Assembly (NCBI GenBank): GCA_050506795.1
Contig: JBJHCF010000004.1
Coordinates: forward strand, 68,872 to 132,871
Source: Opitutia bacterium
Lineage (GTDB): Bacteria > Verrucomicrobiota > Verrucomicrobiia > Opitutales > T3Sed10-336
Direction: 5' to 3'
Length of the DNA stretch: 64,000 bases
Shown here: piece after piece, positions 32,512-42,565 of the stretch
Numbering within the stretch: position 1 is the stretch's first letter
Layout of the letters: each line of letters opens with the position of its first letter
The notes under the pieces: generated by a model
Database searches by the model: none
Seen by the model: the letters and a program-made list of their open reading frames with translations, nothing else
What the model was told of the DNA's origin: nothing
Translations under genes and position numbers: made by a program

Positions 32512-34607
32512 AAAAACGTTTTTCGATTTTCTTTTTGGCTCTCATTATCCTGTTGCCGGCGCCGGCTGCGATCGCTGAGGACGAGGGCGATTCGCCTAAA
32601 TTGAAGGTGAGAGGATACGGGTTCTGGGGAAATCGGGAACTTCGCCGGACGATCGAACTTCTGGATACGGAGGAGGAGCGACGATTTTTCGACGCCAACT
32701 TTATCGAGGATGCGGTTTTTATCCTCAATTCAAGGGTGCAGCAGGACGGATACCTGCGGCCCACCATCTCCGCGCGGGTCACGTTGGAGGACGGAACGGT
32801 GGAACGTTTTACCTGGACCGACCGGTTGGATACCCTTCTGCCGCGACCTTTGATGGCCCGGGCCGTGCGGTTCGACATCGACGAAGGGGTGCTCTTTTAT
32901 TACGATCGGATAGAGTTTGAAGGGTTGACCGTACTCGACCGCAGTGAGGCGGAAACCTATTTTGTTCCGTCGGACTTCCTTTTTCGACTTCGGGGAACGC
33001 GTGCTTTTACCCCGCGACGTCTGGACAGCAGTATCGGTAATCTGCGGGAACTGCTGGTCGGTCGGGGATACGAGAGCGCGCGGGTCACTCTGTTGTCTAT
33101 GGAGCGTGATGAGGAATCCGGAGCGGTGTCGGTGCGCATCGGGGTGGAGGAAGGGAAACAAACGATAATCCGGACTTCGCGCGAGGAGGTGTTTGTCGAA
33201 GGTGAGGACGAGCCTTCACAGGTGGTTGACCGTGAGCCGGGCAGACCGTTTTCGCGCATGTGGGTTCAGGATCGCAGTCTGGATCTGCGCAACAGTTTTT
33301 ACCGTCAGGGCTATCCTGATGCACGGGTCGAGGTGACAACGGTTGCGCGCGAGGAGTTGGATGATCGAGTTGAAGTGGACCTGCTGTTTCAGGTTCGAAC
33401 CGGTAATAAGATTTATGTTGCCGACGTTGTCTTCGAGGGGGCGGAGAAAACGAGGGAATCCGTCCTTCGTCGCCGTGTCCGGGCGAGGTCGGGCGACCAG
33501 TTGGATCGCCTGGAAATGGATCAGGCGCGTTTTCGGTTGGCCAGGCTGGGAGTCTTCGATCGGGTCGAAGTTTCCTACGAGGAAGTCGATGAGGAGACCC
33601 GCAATGTGCTCTTCCGATTGCGGGAAGGCAAGGAGATTGATATCAGTTTGCTCTTTGGTTACGGGAGTTACGAACTGTTGCGGGGCGGTCTGGAGATCGA
33701 GCAGTACAACATCTTCGGCCGTGCGCACCGGTCCCGGCTCATGGCGATTCAATCTTTTAAGGCATCCAGTGCCGATTATCTCTATACCATGCCCGAAGTG
33801 TTTGGAGAGGATATCAACGCCTTCGGGCGGGCCAGCGCTTTGCGACGTGAGGAGATTGATTTTATCCGCACCGAGTACGGCGGCACGGTCGGCCTGCAAA
33901 AGTACGCGCCGCGTATCGACAGCGATCTGACCCTGCGTTACAGCTATCAGCTGCTTCAGTCGGGGCGTTTTGATCTTGTGGAGGAGGACGGCATCGGGCG
34001 TGCGCAGGTGGGGTCGGTCGGCTTTGACGTTCGTCATGACGTGCGTGATAACCCGATTTATCCCAGAAGCGGGCACAGCCTCTTTGTGATCACTGAGGCG
34101 GCATCGGAGTACTTTCTGGGCGAGGCCAACTATCAGCGCCTGGAGTTGGGGGCCTCTTGGCACAAGGGAATCGGACGCGGAGCTTACATCAATGCGGGTT
34201 TCACCCATGGGGTGGTGCATGCCGATGGAGCGGTGAGCGAAAACCTGCCCTTCAATAAACGGTTTTTTCCCGGAGGCGACAGTTCCATTCGCGGCTACCA
34301 GTTCGGTCAGGCGGCCTCCCGCAATGAGGCGGGGCGTTTGGCCGGGTCGGAGACCTACGCCTTGCTGAACCTGGAGTTTGAGCAGGTGCTGACTCCTAAT
34401 TGGTCGGTTGTGCTGTTTTCCGATTCGCTGGCCATTGCCCGGAGATTTTCCGGATATCCATCGGAGGAGGAGCTCTATTCGATCGGCGCGGGAATCCGCT
34501 ACAAAACCTTCATCGGACCGATTCGTTTGGAGTATGGGCACAATTTGAATCCACGGGATCGGGATCCGTCAGGCACTCTCCACCTTTCGATCGGCTTCCC
34601 ATTCTAA
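32508..34607 (+). CDS. tamA: BamA/TamA-family (Omp85) outer-membrane protein
   Basis: A signal peptide is followed by POTRA-like repeats and an Omp85 barrel. The terminal sequence GTLHLSIGFPF ends in an aromatic residue. Confidence 0.8.
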   Translation: MKKRFSIFFLALIILLPAPAAIAEDEGDSPKLKVRGYGFWGNRELRRTIELLDTEEERRFFDANFIEDAVFILNSRVQQDGYLRPTISARVTLEDGTVERFTWTDRLDTLLPRPLMARAVRFDIDEGVLFYYDRIEFEGLTVLDRSEAETYFVPSDFLFRLRGTRAFTPRRLDSSIGNLRELLVGRGYESARVTLLSMERDEESGAVSVRIGVEEGKQTIIRTSREEVFVEGEDEPSQVVDREPGRPFSRMWVQDRSLDLRNSFYRQGYPDARVEVTTVAREELDDRVEVDLLFQVRTGNKIYVADVVFEGAEKTRESVLRRRVRARSGDQLDRLEMDQARFRLARLGVFDRVEVSYEEVDEETRNVLFRLREGKEIDISLLFGYGSYELLRGGLEIEQYNIFGRAHRSRLMAIQSFKASSADYLYTMPEVFGEDINAFGRASALRREEIDFIRTEYGGTVGLQKYAPRIDSDLTLRYSYQLLQSGRFDLVEEDGIGRAQVGSVGFDVRHDVRDNPIYPRSGHSLFVITEAASEYFLGEANYQRLELGASWHKGIGRGAYINAGFTHGVVHADGAVSENLPFNKRFFPGGDSSIRGYQFGQAASRNEAGRLAGSETYALLNLEFEQVLTPNWSVVLFSDSLAIARRFSGYPSEEELYSIGAGIRYKTFIGPIRLEYGHNLNPRDRDPSGTLHLSIGFPF

Positions 34608-34634
34608 ACGAGGAAAGCCGATCGGCGCCGTCGA

Positions 34635-35300
34635 TCAACGCCGAGTCAACATGAAAAGATAAATCAGGTTGGCCAGGCTGCTCACGAAGGCGGCGACGTA
34701 GGTCAGGGCGGCGGCGTTCAGAGTCTGGCTCACTCCCGGCATCTCGTCCGGTCCGATTATTCCGATGGCGACCAGTTCCTTTTTGGCCCGGCGGCTGGCG
34801 TCAAACTCGACGGGCAAAGTGACCAACTGGAAAATGGTCAAGATCAGGTAGACGAAAACCCCGAGCATCAGCAATCCAAGCATGTTGAAGAGGATGCCGC
34901 CGATCATGATAAGGGGCAGCATTTGCGCGGAAATATTGGTGATCGGAACCAGCGCCATGCGCAGCTTGAGCGCTTGATATCCGACCTTGTGCTGAATGGC
35001 GTGACCCGCTTCGTGCGCGGCCACCCCGAGGGCGGCCAGACTGGTGCCCCGGTAATTCTCACTGCTTAGCACCAATCGTTTGTTGATGGGATCATAATGG
35101 TCGGTCAGGTGACCCCCGGTTTCCACGATCTGGACGCCCGCGACCCCCGCTTTGCGCATCACGGCGTCGGCCGCTTCACGACCGGTGATACCGCCGCGGG
35201 AAGGGACTCGAACCCACTTGTTGTAGGTCGACGTCACCTTGTGCTGAGCGTAGATGCCGAGGATAAAGGTGGGAACAATGAGAATTAAAAAAAGATACAT
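34635..35300 (-). CDS. membrane zinc metallopeptidase (Zn_peptidase_2-like)
   Basis: HEAGHAIQH motif. TM segments at both ends. Confidence 0.85.
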   Translation of the reverse strand: MYLFLILIVPTFILGIYAQHKVTSTYNKWVRVPSRGGITGREAADAVMRKAGVAGVQIVETGGHLTDHYDPINKRLVLSSENYRGTSLAALGVAAHEAGHAIQHKVGYQALKLRMALVPITNISAQMLPLIMIGGILFNMLGLLMLGVFVYLILTIFQLVTLPVEFDASRRAKKELVAIGIIGPDEMPGVSQTLNAAALTYVAAFVSSLANLIYLFMLTRR

Positions 35301-35390
35301 GCCTGCTATAAGTAATGGAAATTAGAATCGGCTTAACGATGGAATGGCTCAATGGAAACGAAAAAAAGGATCGGGTTCCCTGAAAACGAA

Positions 35391-35417
35391 GAAAGCCGGG
35401 CTTCGCGCCCGGCTTTC
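35391..35417 (-). terminator. hairpin terminator downstream of the small lipoprotein gene
   Basis: GAAAGCCGGGC-TTCGC-GCCCGGCTTTC. On the minus strand it is followed by TTCGTTTTC. Confidence 0.5.
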
Positions 35418-35489
35418 TTTCGGTTAAAGAGACTGTCCCGACAGCTCATGCTTCATCGGGACGGATGAAACGAATCGATGTCACCTCTC

Positions 35490-35705
35490 TTACTGAGGCG
35501 TTTCCGACGGAGTTTCCGGGTGTTCGGGATGTTGAGGTTCAGGCAAGGGTTCTCCCGGAAGGCCGGGCTGGTCCGGGTCCGGCGGCGGGGCCATATCGTC
35601 CGGCGGGGCGCAACCGGTGACGTTGACTCCGAGACCGATCGCGGCAATAGCCGCCAGCGCGAGTGTCTTTTTCCCAAGTGATAGTTCAGTGCGTTTTTTC
35701 TTCAT
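35490..35705 (-). CDS. small Pro-rich lipoprotein
   Basis: The signal and lipobox read LALAAIAAIGLGVNVTGC, followed by a Pro/Asp/Glu-rich tail. Confidence 0.5.
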   Translation of the reverse strand: MKKKRTELSLGKKTLALAAIAAIGLGVNVTGCAPPDDMAPPPDPDQPGLPGEPLPEPQHPEHPETPSETPQ

Positions 35706-35855
35706 GATGCGGCTTTCTGGTCAATGGTTGTTCACAATTAGAGATTTAACCTCAGTTCCAGCGACAGGTCCAGCACCAGGAGGTTCCCGAATTGGTTATA
35801 CTTCTTCAAGAAAACAGAGTTACAGTTGAAAAAAGTCAAATAACATCACACATCG

Positions 35856-36959
35856 TCAGTTGGCAAAACGAAAAAGGGCAACATCGCCATCCTGGAAAAC
35901 GTAATCCTTGCCCTCCAGGCGCGCCTTTCCCGCCTCCCGGGCCGCCGTCATGCCGCCGAACTCCCTGAGGTGCTCGTAGGAAACGACCTCGGCCTTGATG
36001 AAACCCTTTTCGAAATCGGTGTGAATGACCCCGGCCGCCTGGGGGGCTTTCATGCCCAGAGTGATGGTCCAGGCCCGGACCTCCTTTTCCCCCGCGGTGA
36101 AGTAGGTGACCAGGCCCAGGAGTTGGTAAACGCCGCGTATCAGAGTGTCGACGCCGGAGTCATTGACTCCGTAACCGGCCAAAAATTCCCTCACTTCCTC
36201 CGGGGCCAAATCCACCAGTTCGGATTCCAGGCGGGCGCTGACGTGGACGCAGGCGGCGCCGTGGTGTTCCCGGGCGTAGGTTTCCACTTTCTGCACGTAC
36301 GGGTTGGCGGAAGCGTTGGCCAGGTCGCCTTCCGCGACGTTGGCCGCGTAAAGGATGGGTTTCGCGGAAAGCAGGAAGAAGCTTTTCATCACCGCTCGCT
36401 CGTCGTCTGACAACTCCGCGGTGATCGCGGGTTTTGTTTCGTTGAGGTGCGGGATGAGCTTTTCCGCGATCAACAGTTGGGCCTGGGCTTCCTGGTCGTT
36501 GCCGCGAGCCTTCTTTTTCAGCTTTTCAATCCGTTTTTCCAGCGATGCAATATCGGCCAGAATCAGCTCGGTGTTGATGGTTTCGATGTCGCGAATCGGA
36601 TCGACCCCGCCCATGCTGTGGAGGATGTTGTCGTCATCGAAGCAGCGCACCACATGCACGATGGCGTCCACTTCGCGGATGTTGGAAAGAAACTGGTTTC
36701 CCAGACCCTCGCCTTTGCTTGCGCCGGCCACCAGACCCGCGATGTCGACGAATTCGATCGCCGCCGGGATGACCACGTCGGTCCGCACGATCCCCTGCAG
36801 GACGGCCAGTCGCTCGTCCGGGACGGTCACGACTCCCACGTTGGGATCGATCGTGCAGAACGGGTAATTGGCGGATTCCGCCTTGTGCGTTTTGGTTAAC
36901 GCGTTGAAAAGTGTCGATTTCCCCACGTTGGGGAGTCCCACGATGCCGGCTTGTAACAT
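35856..36959 (-). CDS. ychF: ribosome-binding ATPase YchF
   Basis: The P-loop is [18 protein letters not shown]. The C-terminal TGS-like end reads [10 protein letters not shown]. Confidence 0.95.
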   Translation of the reverse strand: MLQAGIVGLPNVGKSTLFNALTKTHKAESANYPFCTIDPNVGVVTVPDERLAVLQGIVRTDVVIPAAIEFVDIAGLVAGASKGEGLGNQFLSNIREVDAIVHVVRCFDDDNILHSMGGVDPIRDIETINTELILADIASLEKRIEKLKKKARGNDQEAQAQLLIAEKLIPHLNETKPAITAELSDDERAVMKSFFLLSAKPILYAANVAEGDLANASANPYVQKVETYAREHHGAACVHVSARLESELVDLAPEEVREFLAGYGVNDSGVDTLIRGVYQLLGLVTYFTAGEKEVRAWTITLGMKAPQAAGVIHTDFEKGFIKAEVVSYEHLREFGGMTAAREAGKARLEGKDYVFQDGDVALFRFAN

Positions 36960-37076
36960 GATTTCTGACTTCTCTGAAAAGGAGGGGGCGGCGTCGACCT
37001 AAAAACGAGAAAACCAGGAAAAGGGCTTGCCTTAACCCGGCGATCTCCTTTTAGGTCAGGGTTTGGTTTAGGGCTT

Positions 37077-37150
37077 CGGGCCGTGGCGCAGCCTGGTAGC
37101 GCGCTTGCATGGGGTGCAAGAGGTCGAGAGTTCGAATCTCTCCGGCCCGA
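37077..37150 (+). tRNA. tRNA-Pro (GGG)
   Basis: The sequence folds as a cloverleaf. The acceptor stem is CGGGCCG/CGGCCCG, the anticodon arm is CTTGC-ATGGGGT-GCAAG, the T arm is GAGAG-TTCGAAT-CTCTC, and the discriminator is A. CCA is not encoded. Confidence 0.9.
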
Positions 37151-37160
37151 CCGGAAATAA

Positions 37161-37195
37161 AAGAGGCTTCCGAAGTGATTCTTCGGAAGCCTCTT
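37161..37195. terminator. bidirectional rho-independent terminator
   Basis: A 15-bp stem AAGAGGCTTCCGAAG / CTTCGGAAGCCTCTT. It is followed by TTTTATTT on the minus strand, after the DUF1080 gene, and by TGCCTTTG on the plus strand, after tRNA-Pro. Confidence 0.75.
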
Positions 37196-37223
37196 TGCCT
37201 TTGAAATCCGGGTCGCCTGGTCC

Positions 37224-38021
37224 TCAGGGATCCAGTTTGCGAATACGGACTGAACGGATATCGGTGGGATGGCTTTCTGCCTGCAGGGCGATATGGCCCT
37301 CGGTCAAAGGAGTGCCATCTTCGAGTTGGGTACCGGAATATTCCATGACGAGTTCGCCGTTCAGGATATGCTGAATCAATTCATCGCCCCTAACAATCAA
37401 CTCGGCGGTGACCCATTGATCGCCGTGGTGTGTGGGGCCCCCGGAGCCGATGCAGTGCTCTCGGCGCAGTTGGCCATCAACAACCACATGGGTTCCCGGA
37501 GTGCAGATGCTGCCGTTCGGACGGTCATTTGTGCCGTCTCCTCCCAGCAGCTGATACTCGATGGAAACAGGGAAGTCCTGATTCAGGAGCATCGTCGCCG
37601 CCGGCTGGGAGTGGAACATGATCCCGTTGTTGCGGTAGGCCCAGCCCGGACCGTTTTGCACCTGTTCTCCAACGAAGCGGTACTCTACGATCAGGTGGTA
37701 GTGGGAGAAAGGCTCTTCGTAAAAAATGTGGCCGAAACGTTCTTCGAATGTGTCATATTCGTCGTAGCGGATTTTCAGTATACCATCCTCGACGCGAAAG
37801 GTGTTGCCGTAATTGTCGTTCAGTTCATAGCCCCGGATTTTAATGTCCCAGCCGTCGAGGTTTTCCCCGTTAAAAAGGTCGACCCATTCGCTGTTACGGT
37901 TGCCGGAGGTCTGGCAGGCGGCAAAGACGAAGGTGGCGGCGACCGCGGCGAGGCGGAGGACACGGGAGGAGAGGGAACTCCGGTTTTGGTTCAGTAGTTG
38001 AGATGTGTTTTCTGCGTTCAT
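37224..38021 (-). CDS. DUF1080-domain (3-keto-disaccharide hydrolase-like) lipoprotein
   Basis: WVDLFNGENLDGW is the DUF1080 start motif. The lipoprotein-like signal reads LRLAAVAATFVFAAC. The listed start at 38069 is a TTG; the ATG is at 38021. Confidence 0.75.
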   Translation of the reverse strand: MNAENTSQLLNQNRSSLSSRVLRLAAVAATFVFAACQTSGNRNSEWVDLFNGENLDGWDIKIRGYELNDNYGNTFRVEDGILKIRYDEYDTFEERFGHIFYEEPFSHYHLIVEYRFVGEQVQNGPGWAYRNNGIMFHSQPAATMLLNQDFPVSIEYQLLGGDGTNDRPNGSICTPGTHVVVDGQLRREHCIGSGGPTHHGDQWVTAELIVRGDELIQHILNGELVMEYSGTQLEDGTPLTEGHIALQAESHPTDIRSVRIRKLDP

Positions 38022-38065
38022 AAGAGTCTTACAATTATAGTGTCGGGTGGCTGTTTGGGCGTCGG

Positions 38066-38944
38066 TCAACCGCGCATGAGCTGTTTCATGAACTCAGCGT
38101 TTTCACGCACCGCGTCGATCGGCGTGGTGCCGGCATAGGCTTCCTGCTCCACCAGGAAGTATTTCATGCCGTTGGCCCGGGCCACCGGAAGGATGGCGTG
38201 AAAATCGATCACACCGGTGCCGAGAATCGTGGATTGCCGGTTGTTGTTGCCGGCGGTCAGGTCCTTGACATGGGAGGAGGTGAAACGTCCCGGATAACGG
38301 TTGATCCACTCGATGGTGCTTTCGCCCGTGATTTCCACCCAGTAAATGTCGAGCTGGAACTCAACAAGATCCGGGTCGGTGCGCTGCATCAGAATGTCCT
38401 GAGGCATCTCGCCGTTTTGTTGCCTAAAGGTGTAGTCGTGATTGTGATACGCGAACTTCAATCCGGCGTCTCTGGCGATGCGACCGCGTTCGTTGAATTG
38501 GTCGGCGATCTCCCGGTAGCCGTCGAGGCTGTCCCGGCGACCTATCCAGGGGCAGACAATGTATTCCATGCCGATTTCCGCGGCCTCGTCCACTTTGCGT
38601 TCGAAATCATTGAACACGTTGGCATGACTGGAAACCGGGCGCATGCCGTGATCTTCCAGAAAGGTTTTGAACCCGGTGTTGCCCATTCCCCAGAACATGC
38701 CCTGGGGGCCTTCGTAACTTTCAATCTGGGTGTAGCCGAACTCACCGACCTGGCGTAACACGCCTTGGGGATCGTCCACGATCACGTCCCGCAGCGTGTA
38801 AAGCTGTAAACCAAAGGCCGTGTCCCGTGACCGGCGGTTGGCGTGGGCACATCCTTTCATTAGAGGCAAGCTGCCGAGCGCCAGGCCGGAGGCCAGTATG
38901 CCGGAGGATTTGAGGAAGGAACGACGACTAAGGTTTTTGTTCAT
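38066..38944 (-). CDS. sugar phosphate isomerase/epimerase (xylose isomerase-like TIM barrel) with a TAT signal
   Basis: The twin-arginine leader is SRRSFLKSSGILASGLALG. A TIM-barrel-like pattern follows. Confidence 0.75.
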   Translation of the reverse strand: MNKNLSRRSFLKSSGILASGLALGSLPLMKGCAHANRRSRDTAFGLQLYTLRDVIVDDPQGVLRQVGEFGYTQIESYEGPQGMFWGMGNTGFKTFLEDHGMRPVSSHANVFNDFERKVDEAAEIGMEYIVCPWIGRRDSLDGYREIADQFNERGRIARDAGLKFAYHNHDYTFRQQNGEMPQDILMQRTDPDLVEFQLDIYWVEITGESTIEWINRYPGRFTSSHVKDLTAGNNNRQSTILGTGVIDFHAILPVARANGMKYFLVEQEAYAGTTPIDAVRENAEFMKQLMRG

Positions 38945-39138
38945 AGTAGATCCAAGTCAATGATTTCCACCGTACGGGTCGAGCAAAAAGCCGTTTCTCT
39001 CAGGATCCAAACATCGGCTTTCATTGTCATTAACCATGTTAATCCGGAACCTTGGCTGTTCGGGGATGCGTAAGGTAATACCGCGATGCGCACGGATGTT
39101 TTCGAGCAGTTAAGCGCGACATTGCTTTTCCATCTGTC

Positions 39139-39176
39139 AGGGTGCGGGGCCGGATTTGAACCGGCGATCCCGCAGG
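39139..39176 (-). other. duplicated 3' half of tRNA-Met (T arm plus acceptor 3' strand), not an intact tRNA
   Basis: The minus strand reads CTGCGGGATCGCCGGTTCAAATCCGGCCCCGCACCCT. It shares an identical 22-mer, TCGCCGGTTCAAATCCGGCCCC, with the intact tRNA-Met ~85 nt upstream. No matching 5' acceptor strand, D arm or anticodon arm is present. Confidence 0.65.
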
Positions 39177-39214
39177 CGCGGTGTCAGGAGCCGAACCGCC
39201 CGTTCGGGGCGGCC

Positions 39215-39246
39215 ATAAAAAATCCCCGAAATCATTGATTTCGAGG
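39215..39246 (-). terminator. rho-independent terminator after tRNA-Met
   Basis: The minus strand reads CCTCGAAATCAATGATTTCGGGG followed by ATTTTTTAT. Confidence 0.6.
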
Positions 39247-39259
39247 ATCTTTTATTAGG

Positions 39260-39333
<74 letters not shown>

Positions 39334-39404
39334 ACAGATGAAGAGGATAAGGTAAGCCCGGCTTGGTTGGGCGTTCAAGTGAAAAATATACTTTTCTCAG
39401 GATT

Positions 39405-40631
39405 TTAGTGAGGAAAGCCCTGGCTGTAGGCTTGGTGATGGGCGTCGATTTCCGCGCGTTCCAGGTTCTCCCTGCGGTCGGTGACCCAGAAACGGTAGCG
39501 AAAGGTGAGCGGTTGGTCGGCGGTCAGGGTGGTAGGAATGAATTCACCGAAACGACCGTAAAGCCTCTCGGACATCTCGCGCCGGTCGTCTCCCGCGATG
39601 TCGCCGTTGGCGGGATGAGAGAGGTAAGCGACGGTGTAATCGTCGCCCTCTATGGTGAACTGAAAGGCGTTCCAGGGAAGCCCCGTGATGCCGGCGTGTT
39701 CGCTTGCCGGGTCACGGTCCGCCCAATCCCCGGGCCGAAGGAAGCTGGAGAGCTCCCGATTGTCGGCCACGTATTGGGCCGCGCGAAACTGGACGCCCGC
39801 GTGATGGTTGTCACCGGCGAGTTCGATGTCCCCGACTCTCGACGTCAGGGTGGAGGTGAAATCGATATGAAAGTCGCCGCTTGACTGTTTGAACACTCGC
39901 AGCGTCCGGGTTTCTTCGATGAACCGGGTGTCCTCGGCGTCGGTCCAGTCGATGCGCACCGAATGACCACCGAACACCGGACCGGCCCAGGCGCGCAGGG
40001 TGCCGCGGTGCTCGGAACGTTCGCCGCGGGTGGCGTGCCAGATGTCGGCGCCGCCGCCTTCGAAGCGAATGTGGTTGTAACCGAAATAAATCCCCCGGTG
40101 ATGGGGAAACAGGCCGCCCAGTCCCTTGGTGAGGTGCCGCGTGCCATCCGGCGAAAACACGTGGTGAAAGGGCTTTTTGGTGTCTTCGATGTTCTCCGGA
40201 TCAAAGCGGGGGTGGATGTACTCCAGGACAGGGACGCCGTCGAAGGTCAACAGCGTGGCGCCGTTGTCCTCCGGAGCCCAGGCAAAGCGTTTCCCCGCTT
40301 CCGGCGCATCCGGCACGACGACGTATTCACGGGTCTCTCCCGCGGGTACCGTGGCCATAAACCAGAGGAGCGTGCGTCCGTCCTCGGCCGCTTCCACCTG
40401 GGCGGGAATCCGCTCGCCGTTGCTGGTCAGGTGAACGGAAGAATCTTCGCCCAGCACTTCGTTGCCGGTCCACTCCACGGCATAGGGCGCCTCGTTCAGG
40501 GCGTGTTCGCCCGCTCGTACGCTTATGGTGGTTGCGGCACCGTCTTCGGCGAAAAGGATCGGGCCGAAAACTGCGGTGAGAGCGCATAATACGGTCGCCC
40601 TTGCGGTCAGGTTGATCTTTGGTTTTTTCAT
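39405..40631 (-). CDS. PmoA-family (DUF6807) protein, secreted
   Basis: The signal peptide is MKKPKINLTARATVLCALTAVFGPILFA. The motifs FHHVF, GGLFPHHRGIYFGYNHI and ERLYGRFGEF are typical of this family. Confidence 0.7.
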   Translation of the reverse strand: MKKPKINLTARATVLCALTAVFGPILFAEDGAATTISVRAGEHALNEAPYAVEWTGNEVLGEDSSVHLTSNGERIPAQVEAAEDGRTLLWFMATVPAGETREYVVVPDAPEAGKRFAWAPEDNGATLLTFDGVPVLEYIHPRFDPENIEDTKKPFHHVFSPDGTRHLTKGLGGLFPHHRGIYFGYNHIRFEGGGADIWHATRGERSEHRGTLRAWAGPVFGGHSVRIDWTDAEDTRFIEETRTLRVFKQSSGDFHIDFTSTLTSRVGDIELAGDNHHAGVQFRAAQYVADNRELSSFLRPGDWADRDPASEHAGITGLPWNAFQFTIEGDDYTVAYLSHPANGDIAGDDRREMSERLYGRFGEFIPTTLTADQPLTFRYRFWVTDRRENLERAEIDAHHQAYSQGFPH

Positions 40632-40690
40632 AAAGGTGATTTGGGCGGGGAAAAGGCTGAATTGGAACTCCGGGGCTGAACTCGGTCTCC

Positions 40691-41040
40691 TCAAGGTCTC
40701 AGATCGTGCTTCAGGGAGCTTGTTTCATAGTTTCTGGGCGACAACTCCAGGATCTGCCGGAACGTGTTGAGAATGGAGATTTCATCGTCGACGTTCAGGA
40801 TGGTCTCTCCCCGGCCCGGTGGCAAGTTTTCCTGGGGCGAAGCCGGTGAAGTGGCAACCCCGATATCGATCTGGGCCGGCAAATCGACGTTGAAGCCGAT
40901 GCCTTTGCCGACCTCACCGTAAATCCGGGAGTGATCTCGTCGGGATTATGATCGAAACGATCTTCTCCGGGCAGCAGACCTCGGTGGTGTGAAGTGTCCC
41001 GTTCTAGCGCCCCAATCCCCTGGAACAGCAAGGCGATTTG
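40691..41040 (-). pseudogene. relic of a hybrid histidine kinase/response regulator
   Basis: One minus frame reads GEVGKGIGFNVDLPAQ, then a linker, then GRGETILNVDDEISILNTFRQILE and a stop. That corresponds to the HATPase C-terminus plus the first ~25 aa of a receiver. It resembles [16 protein letters not shown] of the intact kinase at 12712-14310. Upstream kinase sequence survives only as frame-shifted scraps such as RGLGR-stop. Most of the gene is missing. Confidence 0.55.
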
Positions 41041-41041
41041 G

Positions 41042-42565
41042 TCACTTGGCGACCGGGGCGAGACGACTTTTCACCGTCCTCCGGTCGAGCCCGAGCCTTC
41101 GGGCGGTTTCCTCCAGGGTTCCGGACGCCGCATAGACGTCGGTGCAGTAACCGTGCAGGAGCTGGTCGGCGGTGAGGGCGTGACGGCGAGCCTGTTCGAT
41201 CCAGTCTGAGCTTTGGTTGGGCTCCCGGTTCGGAGGCGAGTACTCTTTGCGAATGAGCAGATTCCTCAGGCACTGTTCCAATTCCCGGAAGTTGCCAGGC
41301 CAAGGATAGCCGGGGCCGAGGTTTTTTTCAATCCATTGCCGCGCCTCGTCCGCGAAGGTGACCGCGTCCGCCCGCTCGCCGATCAGGCGTCGGGCCACGA
41401 ATCGGGTCAGGGTCGAGAGTTCCTCCGGAGAATCGGCCAGCTGTTCGTGCAGCGACGGCGTGCGGACCAGGTCCGAGCAGAGCCGGTAATAGAAATCCTC
41501 CCGGAACCGGCCCGCGTTCATTTCGGCGGCCAGATCGCGATTGGTCGCGGCGATGAGTTTTCCGCTGAAACGGTGCGCATCGGTCTCTCCCATACGCTGA
41601 AAGGTCCGGTCCTGAAGCACCCGCAGGAGTTTCACCTGAATGGACGGATCGACGTCGCCGATCTCGTCGAGGAAAACCGTTCCGCTCGGGGGACAAACCT
41701 CCAGCCAGCCGGTTCGATTTTCCACCGCGCCGGTGAATGCTCCCCGGCGGTGACCGAAGAGTTCCGATTCAATGAGAGTGGGGGAGAGCGCGGAAAGGTT
41801 GAGCGGATGGAACGACCCCGCGAAATTCTCTTCGAACGCGCCGCGCGAGGGGTCGAATGCCAGGTAGCGGGAAAGGCCGATCGCCCGCGCCACCAGTTCC
41901 TTGCCCGTTCCGGAGGGGCCGGTGATCAGGGTGGCGAAGTCGCCCATGACCGGATAAAGGGAACTGCGGTAACGCCGCATGTCGTGGGTGAAAATCGACT
42001 GCCAGATGGCGCCCCGCAATCGGGTGATGGGCAGGCTGCTGCCGATTACCGACCGGTGGATGTTGTGAAAGGCCCGCCGTATCTGAAAAAACGCCGCGAA
42101 CAGGTGGTCTGAGGGAATTCGCTCCTCCGGTGGCAGGCCGGGCCGGTCGAAAAGGGCGTCGTAATCGCGCCGGAAATGGGGGAAAAACGCGACGCGGTTG
42201 GCGGGACGTGGCCCGTCCAGCACCGCTCGAATGCTGGCATCGAACCGTTCGCAGTAGTTGTGGAACAGTTTGTAGAGGGCCAGCGCCTCAAAAAGCCGGG
42301 CATCCTCGGCTCCCGGTTTTTTCCTTTGCGGCCAGTCCCGTGTGAGGCGGGCCAGCACGGATTCCACACGTTCCAGCAGCCGTATCAGGTTGGGATGTTG
42401 CGTTGCCAGGAGCGCCTGGCGATTCCACTCCGCGTCCTTTTCGACAAAGGCGTCCCCCAGCGCTTCACGCTCCGTGGCAATCCGTTCCTTGAGAAAGGGA
42501 TTCTCGTAATTCAGGCGTTCGATGACCCGGGCGAAGCGCCGCTCTTCGGCGGTTAAGAGTTGCAT
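41042..42565 (-). CDS. sigma-54-dependent transcriptional activator (bacterial enhancer-binding protein, bEBP) lacking a receiver domain
   Basis: Walker A is GPSGTGKELVARAI, followed by ESELFGHRRGAFTGA (the GAFTGA motif). The C-terminal Fis-type HTH reads LEETARRLGLDRRTVKSRL. The ~190-aa N-terminal domain matches no family I recognise. Confidence 0.9.
   Translation of the reverse strand: MQLLTAEERRFARVIERLNYENPFLKERIATEREALGDAFVEKDAEWNRQALLATQHPNLIRLLERVESVLARLTRDWPQRKKPGAEDARLFEALALYKLFHNYCERFDASIRAVLDGPRPANRVAFFPHFRRDYDALFDRPGLPPEERIPSDHLFAAFFQIRRAFHNIHRSVIGSSLPITRLRGAIWQSIFTHDMRRYRSSLYPVMGDFATLITGPSGTGKELVARAIGLSRYLAFDPSRGAFEENFAGSFHPLNLSALSPTLIESELFGHRRGAFTGAVENRTGWLEVCPPSGTVFLDEIGDVDPSIQVKLLRVLQDRTFQRMGETDAHRFSGKLIAATNRDLAAEMNAGRFREDFYYRLCSDLVRTPSLHEQLADSPEELSTLTRFVARRLIGERADAVTFADEARQWIEKNLGPGYPWPGNFRELEQCLRNLLIRKEYSPPNREPNQSSDWIEQARRHALTADQLLHGYCTDVYAASGTLEETARRLGLDRRTVKSRLAPVAK

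Noticed and set aside
39139-39215. A second intact tRNA downstream of tRNA-Met.
   Set aside because: Only the T arm and the 3' acceptor strand are present. No complementary 5' acceptor strand, D arm or anticodon arm can be drawn.
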